A stretch of 64,000 nucleotides of DNA from positions 45,971,786-46,035,785 of the forward strand of contig NC_068981.1 of assembly GCF_001194135.2 (NCBI RefSeq), read 5' to 3'. The translations under genes were made by a program, and so were the position numbers. Every line of letters starts with the position of its first letter. Position 1 is the first letter of the stretch. Positions 49,675 to 63,975 of this stretch are shown one piece after another. Below the pieces are notes generated by a model, which worked only from the letters and a program-made list of their open reading frames with translations, was not told the origin of the DNA and searched no databases. This stretch comes from Octopus bimaculoides (taxonomy: Eukaryota).

Positions 49675-51445
49675 CACTGGGGAACATTTTCGAAAACAAT
49701 AAAAAAAAAAACATTTTAGTTATCTTTCTTTTACGATTAGTCCTACCTAATTCGATGGTACCAAGTTCAGATATACTCTTGGAAATTTTCTATCACGTCA
49801 CATTTTTCTGTTGAATAAGAATACATTTTTTACACGTCAATTTCGCCATTAAGTGCAATACTAAAATAAGGATCTAACACAATTCATGTAGTGTTTTTTT
49901 TTTTTACAAAATGTTTAATTATACATCTTAGGATAGATATGTCTCTCAAAACGGAGTGTCAGTTACTCAAGGAAGGAAATTCTTTTTTTTCTGCATTGCG
50001 TGAATAACAGCATTGTGACAGTATCTTTGCAGACATCAGCTGTAACCAGCCATCATATTTGTGATCCACCTGTATTGATACCTAGTCTCCATGGGTTTGA
50101 TATCTTGGTGACTCATTCTCCTTTCTCATCACCCATAGTATCATGACTTTCAGGAAAGTACTCCAGATGACTGTGGAGGAAATGTACTAAATTCATGTAG
50201 CTCCGTACTCAAATTGTGGTTAACTATCTGCACAAGTTGTTGATAATTTGATGATTTACTGTTACCCAAAATATCAGTCTCAGCTGCAGCAAAAATACTC
50301 CACGCTTTATTTTAACGCAAGATATGTTCTCGTAATACTGATTACCCTGCAAGAGCTGCGTAATTTGTGGCGCGTGAAACACATCAATCTTCATTTTCTC
50401 ACTAGACAAGTCTATAAAATGTTTGCTCAGATATTTAAATCAGTCCCTTTCTTAGTATTTCAACTCATGTTTTGCACGCTATATGAGATGTGCAGGCTTT
50501 GTCTCACTCACACAAATTCATGCCAATATAATGTAAGGTCTCTTCACAAAAATCTGTGATGTTGTTACGCTGTTTAGGTAAGATGTAATACCCACAAATA
50601 TAGCATAAGACACCCGGACTGTTTTTGCATTATCTTCTCTCACAACCGGTTATAATTCTGAAAAAAAAAGAGAAACGTTGTTGTCACGTGGGGAAACTAT
50701 TATGAGAATTGCCGACAGTTGTAAAGTAAGCAAATGCAGATATGTGATGGCAAAGTTCATATATAAAGTGAATACATAACACGTAACAACAGTATTCTGA
50801 CCATGCCTGGCAAAAAGTGATCTTGACTCATGTGACCTCATAATTAAAAAAATAAGTGTTCATTCAAAATACCAATTTTCATAACAAATATGTAATTTTC
50901 TTTAAAGGAGGCCTCACCTGGTTAGCAAAGGTATTTACACTAAATCGAATACTGTAGGAATATCTAGACAAAAAACAGAAAATCTTACAAATATGAAACA
51001 TGTATGATATCATGAACAATAGAGAAATGTGTTATTTGTTAACATCTCATTGTATAAAGAGCATTCGCAGCGCCATCACCATGACATTTTAAAATGGTTA
51101 GTTTAAAAATAGTAGCAGCTGCTCAAGTTTGATACATTTTATTTATTGCAGATACTTAAATCATAATTTTATTTTCCCTTTTGTAGTTGTATTTACTTTA
51201 AATGATATTGATAAAAATTTATTATCAAAGTTACTTCAACATCCATACATGGGTTTGTATTTCATGAAGCCAAATCTATTCTTAGAAATGGTGGCAATAC
51301 CGGGAATGTTCAAAGAGAGACATTTGAGTTTGTGAGAAATCTTAAGGTGACCGTGCAAAATGGCTTTAATTTTCAAATTATCACTCCTCAAATTACAAGT
51401 AAACATATCTTCAACACGAGACAACAAAAATCATACTGCCCAGTG
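49675..51445 (-). mobile_element. Chapaev3 (CMC superfamily) DNA transposon, internally deleted non-autonomous copy
   Basis: Termini CACTGGG.../...CCCAGTG with a TAA target duplication (49672-49674 and 51446-51448). Minus-strand transposase remnants include the N-terminal CKNSPGVLCYICGYYILPKQRNNITDF, joined to the C-terminal FKYLSKHFIDLSSEKMKIDVFHAPQITQL and HFLHSHLEYFPEK...HQDIKPMETRYQYRW..NMMAGY. Confidence 0.85.
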
Positions 51446-54400
51446 TAATAACAACGTGCTAAACAACACGATTGTGGCTTGAACTGAGAACGATGATGCA
51501 TCGGAATGTTTGAACTAGAGTATTCAATTACTTTTGAAGTATATTGACGGAAGCACTCGTTATATAGTAAATTATTAAAAATTCAGTGGAATTTCAGATA
51601 AAGGAATGTTTGTAGAAAACTAAACCATCGCTAGAGGGCAAGCATTTCAATAATTTAATTCTAAAAGATTTGTTTATTTTATTCGTGTTTTCAATGTGAT
51701 TTAAGGATCCAACCCTCTTATCACCTTTTCTTATTTGTTCATTGAAAAACATTAGTAATTAAACCAGTATCAAAATAAAAGTCAGATATTGTAATCAAAC
51801 AATTATCGGCAACCTAACCTGGAAAGAGCTCAAATAATACACAATAACATTGTACTTAACACATTCTAAAACTAAGCTGTAAACACATTTTTAAGTATAA
51901 ACACACTACCAAATAAAAATAATAAAAGGAAATTATTTATATTTTACATGTTTTTGTTCTATAATGAAAATAAGCTTACAAATCCTCATTCAAAACGGAG
52001 AAAAGGGGAATTTTTTGAGATGCGTTTCTTCTATCATTTCAATTTTGCATCTCTGAATGCTCTGTAAATATTTATAACAACATGGTGTTAAATATCTTTC
52101 TGCCTGAATCCATAAGCACAAAGGAATAATGAAGCAATAAGATAAAAATTGTAGACACCAATTTGATACGAGATATGGATTGGAAAATTATGTTTTTTTA
52201 GATAAGTCATGGTGTTAATGTAAACATTTTCTACCTTAAAGAGGAGCGACACTTGACATCATGACTGGAAACGCTGTGGAAAGAGAACACACTGTGACTA
52301 TGAATATCCATCACTGTCATAAGAAAAATAAAAACGCTGCCTTCTCAATCTCTCACTAATTGATTGACTGTTATATTCTTTAGTCAATCGTAAATTATGC
52401 TTATCAAACAGCCATTTCCAAAAATATAGAACCTATTCCAAAAAGATAAGTGAATATTTAATACATATGTATTCTGTGAAGAATACAAGGAAATAACAAG
52501 ACCTGTAAATTTAGAAGAGTATTGAAGATATATGTCTTTGCTAATTGAATATCAGCAGATATAACATAAACTTATACGCATCTAAGGTATGGTTCTAGGT
52601 GCTGACTAACGCTGTTATACGTGTAGCGTTTAAGTAGGTTATATGCTGAGATAAAAACACGTGAGTAAATGCAGTTCTTTAAGTAAAACGAACAGCAAAA
52701 GTTTTATTGAAATCATTATAACTTGTGCGACTAATATTGCTTCCATTATTCTTAAAACTACTCCATGTGCTATTGAGTAATATGCACTATGTCACATTGC
52801 TGACACGCATTTCGTTCGGTGCCTTTTGATACAATATTACCGTAGTATAGATATAAATGCCAATTCTTCTCCTTTTCTTTTATCTACAATCCATAAGTAT
52901 CTTTTGGACAGTATTCAAAGCCACTGTATGGTATTGTTAATTTCTTTAGTGACTCCTTGTCATTACTCCGGTAAGCACGAGGAGTTTAGTGTTTCTCAGG
53001 AGATATAATGGAACCGAAAACTCACCTACACCTTCTATTCTAGTTTGTGATATAAAATATTATATGTCAGCCGTTGACTAAAATGTTCTCATCATGCCTC
53101 AAGTATACTTTGGTTCGTAGCGTTTCACTTAATGTACAGTTAATTTTCTTTTAGAGGAAGACATCACTGTGTTATGTATTCAAGAAACACTTCAATTATT
53201 CCACGTCAACGAATGTACAGTGTAAACCCGCTGTACCTACAAGTTTGGTAACGAATCTAGCGGCATATTACCTCTCACTGGTTTTACAATTTTAGTATTA
53301 TTCACTTGTGACCAGCTGAAAAGTAAAATAATATTAACAGAATAAAATCAGGGTACTGCTATACTTTTCACCAGTTTGAAATGGTCGTTACTAGAGAGAA
53401 ATTGATTTAACATTTTAACTGGTGTCTCGGGATTTTTTAATATATATATATATATATATGTCTTATTCCACAGTTACTGAGCTCCTTTACAATAACTGAA
53501 ATTTCTATACTATAATAAATTTTGTCTGCTGTAATCTTCCGAGTAAGAAAATTCATTCTTGTATTTCACTTCACTTGTAAGATGATTCTTTTCTGAAGAG
53601 CTCTAATGAGGAGAAATATAACCAATGCAAAAACGACAACTTTCGGCTGTTGCTTAAATGCGAGTTTTCTTTCCCGATGATGGTGTTGTACAACTTCTAT
53701 CTATACATTTATTACACAAATATGTAATTATAACAAAAGCCGTAGAAATCCAGACGAAGTTTCAGCATGAACAATGATCTTAGCTTGTATTCCGTATAAA
53801 CATTGTGCAGAAGATGTCAATATGTGTGTAAGAGCATAAACTAAAGTTTATAAATTCCATAAGTAAATGTTGGACAACAACCAATGATAATTCACATCCG
53901 AACAACAGCCGATTAGCAGCAATTATTATATTGTAACATAGAATCAGTAAATATACCAGAAAAGCATAATTATCATATAGATAATTACGAGAAAAGCGCC
54001 GATGATTAATTCTAGAATTCTATAAATATATTTTGATTCACCTAATATGTAATACATTAAAACAAACCTAGCGTAAATCAGGTTCATTATATGATTTCCT
54101 GGAGGAAATGCGCTCGAGTGTCTAAAGAGGTGAGGACAACAGATATATGGAAACGAAACAAATGAATTTCATAATATAGTATCCTCTCCAGAACTTAGTA
54201 GCTGAAACACACTGTGACCAATATCGTTATATGTGGCATGCATAATGATATTTGAGATATTCTCGACTGACACCCTCTCTCCTACACACATACATACACA
54301 CTTATATATTTAAATATAAAACTACCTAATTGGCTAGCTATATAACAAGGTAGGTCGTGTGAAATTCTTGTGAGAGCTGAAAGCCTACAGAGTGGAATTC

Positions 54401-56574
54401 CCCCATGTGAGCGTTTCAGTCTTAACTACTTATACGCTGAGGTGGACGGGCCGCATTAACTTTCTAATTTCTGGATGCGTTTCTTATACCTTCTGTGATG
54501 TTCTTTGATTAGCAACACATATGGGTGGTTAAGGTATCCAAAATTCAAGGTACCCGTGGTTTTTTAGAAAATGCCATTTGTCACTTGGGTAAATTATGCC
54601 TTTCAAATTGACATCTATTCTCCCTTAGCTAAATATTTTTCATTGCTTTCGACCGTTTGCCATGAAATCTATATAAAACCCATGCAACATGTGTTATATT
54701 TCATCTAATATATTTTATGAGTGTACTCGTATAAGCATGGCTGCAATTATACTTTTATAGATGAATCCATATATATATACGTGGATACATAAGTATATAA
54801 ATTTGAAATAGCAAAAGAAAAGGAATAGAACTCGTTACGCGAGTGTGTACAATTAGTAAATATCAAACACTAAAATGTGCATATGTTTTGATATAGGCAC
54901 AAGCATGCGCACACGCGCTCACACACGCACAAACACACACACGTAAAAATGTATACATACATAAATATATACATTCGCCAAGTTGGACCACTGAAATGAA
55001 CATGTTAATTTTTCATTCTCTAGTTAGTTCTTCTTATTCCTTTCTATCGAAAAGCGTACACTCGTAACGTGAAAAAATCTTCCATTTTTCCCGAACATCA
55101 CACTAATACACTAGCTTGTTGTTCCTACACCTGTCTTCATCTTTTTTTTTTCATTACTTTGAACTATATATATTTATATATGTATTAAAGAAGTTGTAGA
55201 TGCACTTGGATTCGTGTAGATTTTCAAAGAGTTAACCGGTTTTTCAGATTTATCGAATTTTGAAAAGTTGAGATAGAAAGACGTAGAGCTTGCCTTCAAC
55301 TATGGAATGCATGAAACCTGTGAAGTCTGTAAGCATATAAAAATGAATAATCTAAACAAATAGAAGAACATTTTCAAATTCTCACATATATATTTATATA
55401 CATATTGTTGCTATTTTACAAAAGTGTAGTAAGTCCCAAATATAGCTTTTTTTAAGAAAACGAAAAGACAGTTTCACCATTCTATAGCAAAACAGTTGCA
55501 CTACGCTTTGACAATTTTTGATATCTTTGCATCTGAAGGAGCTCGAAATACGATAGTTTGACAAAAAGAACCGGCAATTGGCAACCCCACAAAAAATATT
55601 GAAAGACACGCACTTCACCAGATTTATACATACGACAGTTTCACATAATAGCAATGATATATATATATATATATATANNNNNNNNNNTGTATGTATATAT
55701 GTACCATCAGACAGACACACTCACACACACATATATATACAAATATAGATATATATTTGTATGTTTAGATATTGTGTGTATACTTATAATTGCTTACGTA
55801 ATTACAAAAATAAAACACAAAAACAATGAGATATCTATCCATATGTCTCTTGCTTCTTTCTGCCTATCACCGTCCCTATATAAGAATATATATATATGCG
55901 TGTGAGTGAGGATGCACGTGTGTGTTATGACTCCGGATTTTTGTGTGCATCCATGTGTGATATGTGTCTGTCTCTGTGGGTCTGTCTCTGTGGGTCTGCC
56001 TGTGTCAATATGTGCGAGTTTGAGTGTGATATTTTGCGTATTTGTGTCCACGAGGGCGTGTGTGTGTCTGTGTGAATTCAGTTTCGTTGATTAGCTTTGA
56101 TAAGAATTGTTCTAATCACTTGGTTATCGAAAGAAATATATTGTTTTTCTCACACTCCACCGCCTCTCTAAGCTCTTCTTTTGTAAGTGCATAAATCTAT
56201 CTTGGCTCTGCTTGTATCGAGATACTAATTACTTGATATCACTATCGTTTTGTCTAATTAACTATAATTCACGTCCTTAGTCTCACGGTATTTAAAGACC
56301 TCTAGAACAAAATTGATACGATATATATGCCAAATGATATTAGTTTTCGTATTTATCAATTTGTTCAGAAATTATCTAAGTATAAATAATAAATAATAAA
56401 TGTAGAATATATTCTCAACAAAGACGAATACTGTATGACACATTTCTTTATTTAAAGTTCTATAAATTTCAACCGAATTCTGTTTAATAACAATCGGGCA
56501 TTTCACATATACACACCTAACGACAATAGAGAAGATCTTCGTGTGAATAAGACTATTTTATAGAATTAACATAG

Positions 56575-56765
56575 AAATAGTAGTTTCAGTTTTTGCACAA
56601 AGCCAGCAACTGCAGAAGAGGAGGTAAGTCGATTACATCGACCCTAGTGCCCAACTTGCACCTTGAACCCGAAATATTAAAATGCAACGTCTACCTCCTC
56701 GGGATTTGAACGGAACGCTGCTAACCATTTTTCCCGCCGTACAAACGATTTTGTCATTCCCCCGC
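56575..56765 (-). mobile_element. SINE (MetaSINE-like family), diverged
   Basis: ttttgcacaaagcc...ggtaagtcgattacatcgaccctagtgcccaact...gggatttgaac. Confidence 0.65.
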
Positions 56766-56995
56766 CTTAATTAACATGGTTTGTGTGTTTTATGAAAATT
56801 GAAGATTGGTTCCTTTTATATTATCATTATTTCAATGTTGAGACTTGTTTCAACAAGCCGTTGGGGAATATTCACGCAAACATTGCTGGCACGGAATATA
56901 TTTTCCTTTTCCAATTTTCAGATAACTGCAGTTCGTGTGACTGATCTTCCATTTACAGACTTCCATTAACGTATCCCTACCAACACACTGTAAAC

Positions 56996-57052
<57 letters not shown>

Positions 57053-59780
57053 TTGATCTTAGTCAAGACGCCGGGATATTGAAATATATGGCCTTGGAGC
57101 CAGTTGGATTACTAACATTCGCAGTTTTCTTAAAATACTTTATAGATTTACAATCTTTGTCACTAACTCTCGAAGCACACAAATGTTATTCGCAATACAG
57201 TTCCTTTCATTAGGTCCATGTTTATCAGACTTCTCACATCACAGATACATGCACGTGCACCAACCTATGTAATTAAATATTACATGTGTTTCTGTCTGCG
57301 TTTGCCTTGTGTGTTTCAAATTAGGGTACAGGGAAAATATCTACAAGTTCTATTTTTTTTTTCTGTTTCTTCTTTTCTTTTTCTTTTCTGTCGGTGGTGG
57401 TTGGTCATTACGCTGTATATAACAACAAACTTTTCAGCGTGGAAGCTGCTACAATGTAAAATTTTGTCGCCGAACCTGAACTTTAATCATCCACAGTACA
57501 AAAAACAACATTTAAAAGTCGGATGTTTGTGTGAGAGATCCTTTTGTCTTCATCGCTTCATCTTACGTCGGCAATTACAACATAAATCATTTCCCTATGA
57601 ATGTGTTTGAAGAAAGATTATATTGTCAGTTTTCTGCATTATATTTTGAAATATATTTTAAAATATAAATGGTATACATAAGAGATGTCGAGACAATTTT
57701 CCTTTGTAGATTGAAAACCTTTTTAGCTTTGTTTCAAATGAATCGAATCTAGAAAATATTGGATTACGTTTTCTTACCAATTTCAATACCATATAACAAA
57801 TAAACTTTAACTGGAAATTTGAGTTGTATTCAAAGGGTAATACCTTTGTGAGTGAAGAATGCTAAGTGATTGGAATCTACCGAATGTAACCACACACGTT
57901 TGACATTATTGTTATCATAACGTTTTTTTTTTCTTTTTTCTTTTAAAGTGCGTAGTGATCAGTGTTTGCAAAGTGAAAGATTTGCTTCCTTTTGTCGGTA
58001 AATGGGTGGACATTGTTTTGGGGGTAAATTGAACATATTTCACCAAGTGTAAGTGTTCATTAAAAGAAATTTTGACGGTATTAACTGGGAATCGAAACTG
58101 TATTTCCTTCTTTCCTTGGAAACAAACCAGAAAATAATGTTAAGTGGAAAAGTTGAAGAGAACATCATAAATCAGTATAGTTGTTTATTGTTCACAATAG
58201 ATGTCTAAGAGTTTAATTAAGAACTGTCAAATATATCATAAGAGTAATTGGCATTTAGGAGAAATGTGAGTAGAGATTTAGCATCGTGTACTTGAATGCG
58301 GGTTAAAAATGGGGTTAAAAATGAATTAAATAACAAACACTGTCATAAATACTGATTTCCCGTATCCTTTGCACTGTTAGAGACATTTATGGCCTTTATC
58401 TTTGGACACAGTAGTGAAAGATATTCAGCAAACAAATGCTCAATGCTGAAAAGAAAACACGGAAAGTTTCGATTTTCCTTGAATAAAAGTTTAGGATACA
58501 AGCCAGACTACACACATGTTAAAAATAAAATAAAGCTATAACATGAACATAACACAGTTCTTTTTAAGAAGGCATACAATAGCGTGCTTGATCTGTTAGT
58601 CTAACGTAGTCAACATAGCATATGTTCAGATGTTTAAGCTACAGGTTACACAGGAATTCAATCCAGGTTGAACTAATACGCACACACAATCTCCAATTTA
58701 TTTGAAACTACGTCTACAAAGCGTCAAATGAACACCATAAAAACTAATCAAAGAGTTAGTAATCTAAGTACATTATGAATATACACACACAGGCACAGGA
58801 TCTTGTACGAAATTCTGAGTTATTACAAAGATATATTGCAAAGTTACCTGCGTAAATAAATTTTAAAAATATTCAAATGTAGAGTAGACAGATGATATAG
58901 ACCTAATTAGGATAGCAAGAGACATATTTGAAGACGCTAATTTCGGAAAGTATATTTACAGAATAATGTGATTATGAATGGATTGCATGTTTGTGCATCA
59001 ACCACAGCATTGTGGTTGCAGTCTTGAAAATAAATAGGTGGTAATAGCTTTCATATAGTAACTTTGATAGGTGTGATATACATAGATACAAATATTCACA
59101 GACATATGCGCGAAGATGAACATTGACACTCTCAATAAAAGGTACTCTCCTAAACACGCTCATATATTTGCGAAGACGTACACTCAAGAAAATATACGTA
59201 TATATAAATATAGAAATATACGTATGCAATACATTGTTATGTGAATGTTTACGGGAGTAATTTTGTTTGTGTACGTACGTACGTATCCATGTCTGTGCTC
59301 GTGGGTGTGTGTGTATGTATGTTTGTGTGATTCAGTGCGTATGTGCGTACGTGTATGTATGTGTGTGTGCGTTTGTGTACGTGTGTTCGATTTGAGATTA
59401 GGGGAGAGTAACATACACTTAATTTACACTAATTTATCTGTAAAACCACATTGGTAACTTGTTGTAATGAGGTGCAGCACTGGTGTTGTGTCTCTGCTCT
59501 CTATTCTTTTTCATCTCCGCTTCTCTGTTAATCTGCCGATAGTTTGGAAAATTTAAGAATACTTATTTTGTGGTATAGTTTTGGTGGTTATACGTAGAGT
59601 TTACTTGTGGCACATGTGTACAAGTGGCACATGTCTGTATCAACATCAACAATTACATCTAGGAAGTCGAGATTCAATTAGTTGCTATAAACTGTTACAA
59701 AGTTCTTAGAAAGCCTTCTTAATATTATTCCTGAACATTTGAATACATTCATTTATAATGCACATCTTCGTTTCTTAGCT

Positions 59781-59819
<39 letters not shown>

Positions 59820-60104
59820 NNNNNNNNNNNNNNNNNNNNNNNNNNNNNNNNNNNNNNNNNNNNNNNNNNNNNNNNNNNNNNNNNNNNNNNNNNNNNNNNN
59901 NNNNNNNNNNNNNNNNNNNNNNNNNNNNNNNNNNNNNNNNNNNNNNNNNNNNNNNNNNNNNNNNNNNNNNNNNNNNNNNNNNNNNNNNNNNNNNNNNNNN
60001 NNNNNNNNNNNNNNNNNNNNNNNNNNNNNNNNNNNNNNNNNNNNNNNNNNNNNNNNNNNNNNNNNNNNNNNNNNNNNNNNNTATATACATTCGTTCTGTT
60101 CTTT

Positions 60105-60462
60105 TGTCTTTTATCGTTTTACTTCTTTCAGTTATTTGACTGCAACCGTGCTGAGGCACCGCGTTTTTCATCGAACAAATCGCCCCCAGGACTTACTCTA
60201 TCGGTCCTTTCGCCGAAGCGCAAACTTACGGGGACCTAAACACACCAGCATCAGTTGTTAAGCGATGGTGGTGGGACAAACATACCCAAACAAACACATA
60301 GACACACGCACATATATGTATACGACGGGTTTCTTTCAGTTTCCATCTACCAAATCCACACGAGTCTATAGTAGAAGTCCCTTTCCGAAGGTGCCACGCA
60401 GTGGAACTGAACCCGGAACCATCTGGATGGTAAGCAAGCTAGTTAACACACTGTCACTCCTG
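60105..60462 (-). mobile_element. Composite octopus SINE, near full length
   Basis: ttttacttctttcagttatttgactgc...tcggtcctttcgccgaagcgcaaacttacggggac...atacgacgggtttctttcagtttccatctaccaaatcc...gtgccacgcagtggaactgaacccggaacc. Confidence 0.8.
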
Positions 60463-63040
60463 AGAGAGAAAGAACATGAGACAAAGAGGGGGAGAGAGAG
60501 ATACAGGCAGACAGAAACCGTGATACAAACATGTATGCATTTTTTTGTCGTCTTTGTCATCGTGGTCACATTGACTTTCTCTTTCTCTCCCTCACTCGCG
60601 CTCTCTGTCATGCCCAGTCTCCTTGTCGTTCCCGTTTAACGTCTCTCGTCTCTCAAATAATTAACCTATTTAAATAAGTAAACCATGAGCGATGAAAGGG
60701 TAAATAGCTCTTTGTTTTTCGAAATTAGCTTTGAAACTCTTTTGGAAACATTTCAATAGTTCCCACTAAAAGATACTTCCTAACACAACACAGCTTTGCA
60801 AGGTAGAAGTCATTGTAGCAGACTTCTCTTGCAGTATTTGTGTAAATGCATGGTGTTTTACATTTACACGTTAATACTTATACACATACTAGGCGCTTAG
60901 ATGAAAGCATGAAAATGCACTAGGCAAAGATGTGTGTACTATACATAAAAGAAGATACATGTTTCGTTGATTTAACCTAGAGTTGCTTTGAGGAAAGGTA
61001 TATATGTTGCGATCGAATGTAAATGAGACGAAGTTATAATTTCAAGCAATCAACGAATATTGCAATACCATTTATGAAATAATATATTTTCAGAAAACAA
61101 ACAGACACCTATTTCAACATAGCCATTTTTTACGTTGTTGCATATATGCGGAAAAAAAATTGAAAATATCTAAATCGTATGCGTTTCCCTAATTAGTACA
61201 AAATGAACAAAGAGAAAAAGCTAGTAGACACTGCATCACGTATGTACAACATAGGCAATGACAATTTTATAAAATAATCAACGGTATAAAGAGAAAGTAA
61301 ATGAACAATGAGCGACGAGTGCGATCGAAAGGTCGGAGAAGATAATATCTAGTAATCAGCAATTCTCCAGAATTAATATGCCATTAAGTAAAATGGAGTT
61401 AGTTTTACTTTTTTTCTGGAGACAAGAAGACAGCTGTTGGCGTGTGTATTAGTCTCAAGACGTCAAAAGTACGGCAATTGTTCTACCTTGACTCCACTTA
61501 GATATCATGCTTGGGTATGCAAAGAAATAGTGAAAGATATTAATAGTCTAGAACAATTTGAATGATTGAAATAAAATTAATGCAATGGCATGAATCTGGA
61601 CGAGAAATACATTGAAATATATACAAAATAACATATGAATAGTATGTCTAATGTATCATGTCCGCATGTAATATATTCACACAGCCATGACAAGCGAAAC
61701 CTACTAGAAAATTATTTTAAAAGTTGTTACATTTTCAATCAATATATTCCCATACATTTTTTATTATTCCAATCTAATAATAATTAAATATGAAATTGAA
61801 TCGCATCAGTGTGCAGTAAATTTTGATAAGCGAGTTGGCTACGTTACAGGCAATTTATACACGGTGGGAGAAATGTTACTGTCTAGAACAGCCGCAAAAT
61901 ACATCAATCCAAAAAGATGACGAAAATACTGCAGACTAAGCATGAATCCAATATGAAACATCGAATACTGCTGCAACACCCTTAAAACAATGATAAACAC
62001 TTGATCCTATATAAGGAGAAATCGATAATGTAAGTGTGCTGAAGTTAGAAATATAGGCGTGTCTGTGAAATTAAAAAAAAAAGTAGGTGGAGCTGTTTCA
62101 AGTGGAAGTGGGTGTTGAAGAAAAACAAATACAAAAATGTATAACGATAAGAAAATTACACTGGTAGAGAAATTATGAAGCCAAAGTGCTATGATACGCA
62201 ACAGATATGAGTATAATATATATTTATGACGATTTGCTTAATTTCTTTTTCTTTACGTTTTGAGGAAGAGCAAGAAAAGTTTTATATTTGAGGAAATGAT
62301 TTCATTGTGGAAACTGAATATAGAATTACCATAAATAAAATCTTAGTGTTCCTGTAAACAATATGCAGCAATGTGAGATAACAGATGGGAACAGTGAGAT
62401 TGATAAAACTGACGTTGAATATAAAGATAGTTCAAATGAATTAGCAATAGATTCAAACATTTATCTCTCAATTTAGGAGTGTACGAAACCGTGTAATCCA
62501 TATTTATATGTCTGTCATTTATGTATATGCAACTCATCAAATGGCAACTCATCAAAAGTATATCTGTATATATGCGCGTTTGTAAGTATATATGTATATA
62601 TATATATGTGTGTGTGTGTATGTATGTGTGTGTGTGTGTGAATATACTTAAACACGCATATATCAATGCGCGTATATGTGTTCTGTTCCGCAAAGCAGTA
62701 GATAATAAAATTACTGCATCAGCATTCGCAATACATATATAATTTTCTTGTTTTCACATACCAGCAATACTTACGAGAGTAGCTCAAGTAGCTGAAAAAA
62801 ACAGATTTTAGAAATGTATTGCTCGGGGCACATAAATCGAAATAAATTTAGAAGTCCTGTTCTACAAAGGTGCAGGTCTATCACAGTGTTGTGGTTAATG
62901 TAATACGCGCCTGCAACTAATTCGTAGCTGTTTCATCAGCTTTCACGCGTTCATATGCATCCCATTACAGTCTCTCATATACGAACAGACAATTTATGAG
63001 TTACCGGAGAAAAATGTCTCGAATAGTTTATGTAAAAATC

Positions 63041-63217
63041 TTGCCAAAGCTAACCTCACCTGTGCTAGTGCCACGTAAAAATCACCAAGACTCCTCTGCA
63101 GAGTGGTTCGTGTTAGGAAGGGCGTCCAGTCGTAAAAACCGTTGCAAATTAGACACACTAGCTTGGAGTCCTACTCATGCATGCATGCATGGAAGACGGA
63201 CGTTTAAAGATGATGAT
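63041..63217 (+). mobile_element. SINE 3-prime part with RTE-type (GAT)n tail
   Basis: tgtgctagtgccacgtaaaa...gtggttcgtgttaggaagggcgtccagtcgtaaaaacc...catggaagacggacgtttaaagatgatgat. Confidence 0.65.
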
Positions 63218-63942
63218 TTTGTATGTATGAATGTATGTATCTATATAAGAATGTATGTAAGTATGTCATTATTAAGTTTATTTCAAAAATTCTTGCCAGT
63301 CGAGAAAGAATTGGCTTCTAACGTAGATTCAAAGCTCATTCATTGGAATTTCAAAACCAACAACAGGGTATTTTTGTATGTATGTAAGTAAAGTTTTGTA
63401 TGTTTTATATATGTGTGTATGTATGTATGTATATATGTATGTATGTATGTATATATGTAGGTATGTATGTGCAGTTTTGCATGTTTTATATATGTATTAT
63501 CATGCATATACTTGCATAACTAGAACTAGACATGCTCATATATATCTAAATGATAAACTTCTGGAAAGTTTTACAATTTTTTACAATTCCAGTGATGGAT
63601 TGGATCTGTAGTATTCGAATTAGCTTTCTCCCTTCTGGTTTAAAGAAGGCTAATTTCTGAAGATTGGTNNNNNNNNNNNNNNNNNNNNNNNNNNNNNNNN
63701 NNNNNNNNNNNNNNNNNNNNNNNNNNNNNNNNNNNNNNNNNNNNNNNNNNNNNNNNNNNNNNNNNNNNNNNNNNNNNNNNNNNNNNNNNNNNNNNNNNNN
63801 NNNNNNNNNNNNNNNNNNNNNNNNNNNNNNNNNNNNNNNNNNNNNNNNNNNNNNNNNNNNNNNNNNNNNNNNNNNNNNNNNNNNNNNNNNNNNNNNNNNN
63901 NNNNNNNNNNNNNNNNNNNNNNNNNNNNNNNNNNNNNNNNNN

Positions 63943-63975
<33 letters not shown>

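Noticed and set aside
56615-56635. Consensus plus-strand donor GAG/gtaagt
   Set aside because: It is an intrinsic motif of the antisense SINE, with no upstream acceptor or open exon.
57218-57610. 130-aa plus ORF, among the longest non-repeat ORFs
   Set aside because: It has no recognisable motif, low-complexity F/L/C-rich composition, and no supporting splice structure.
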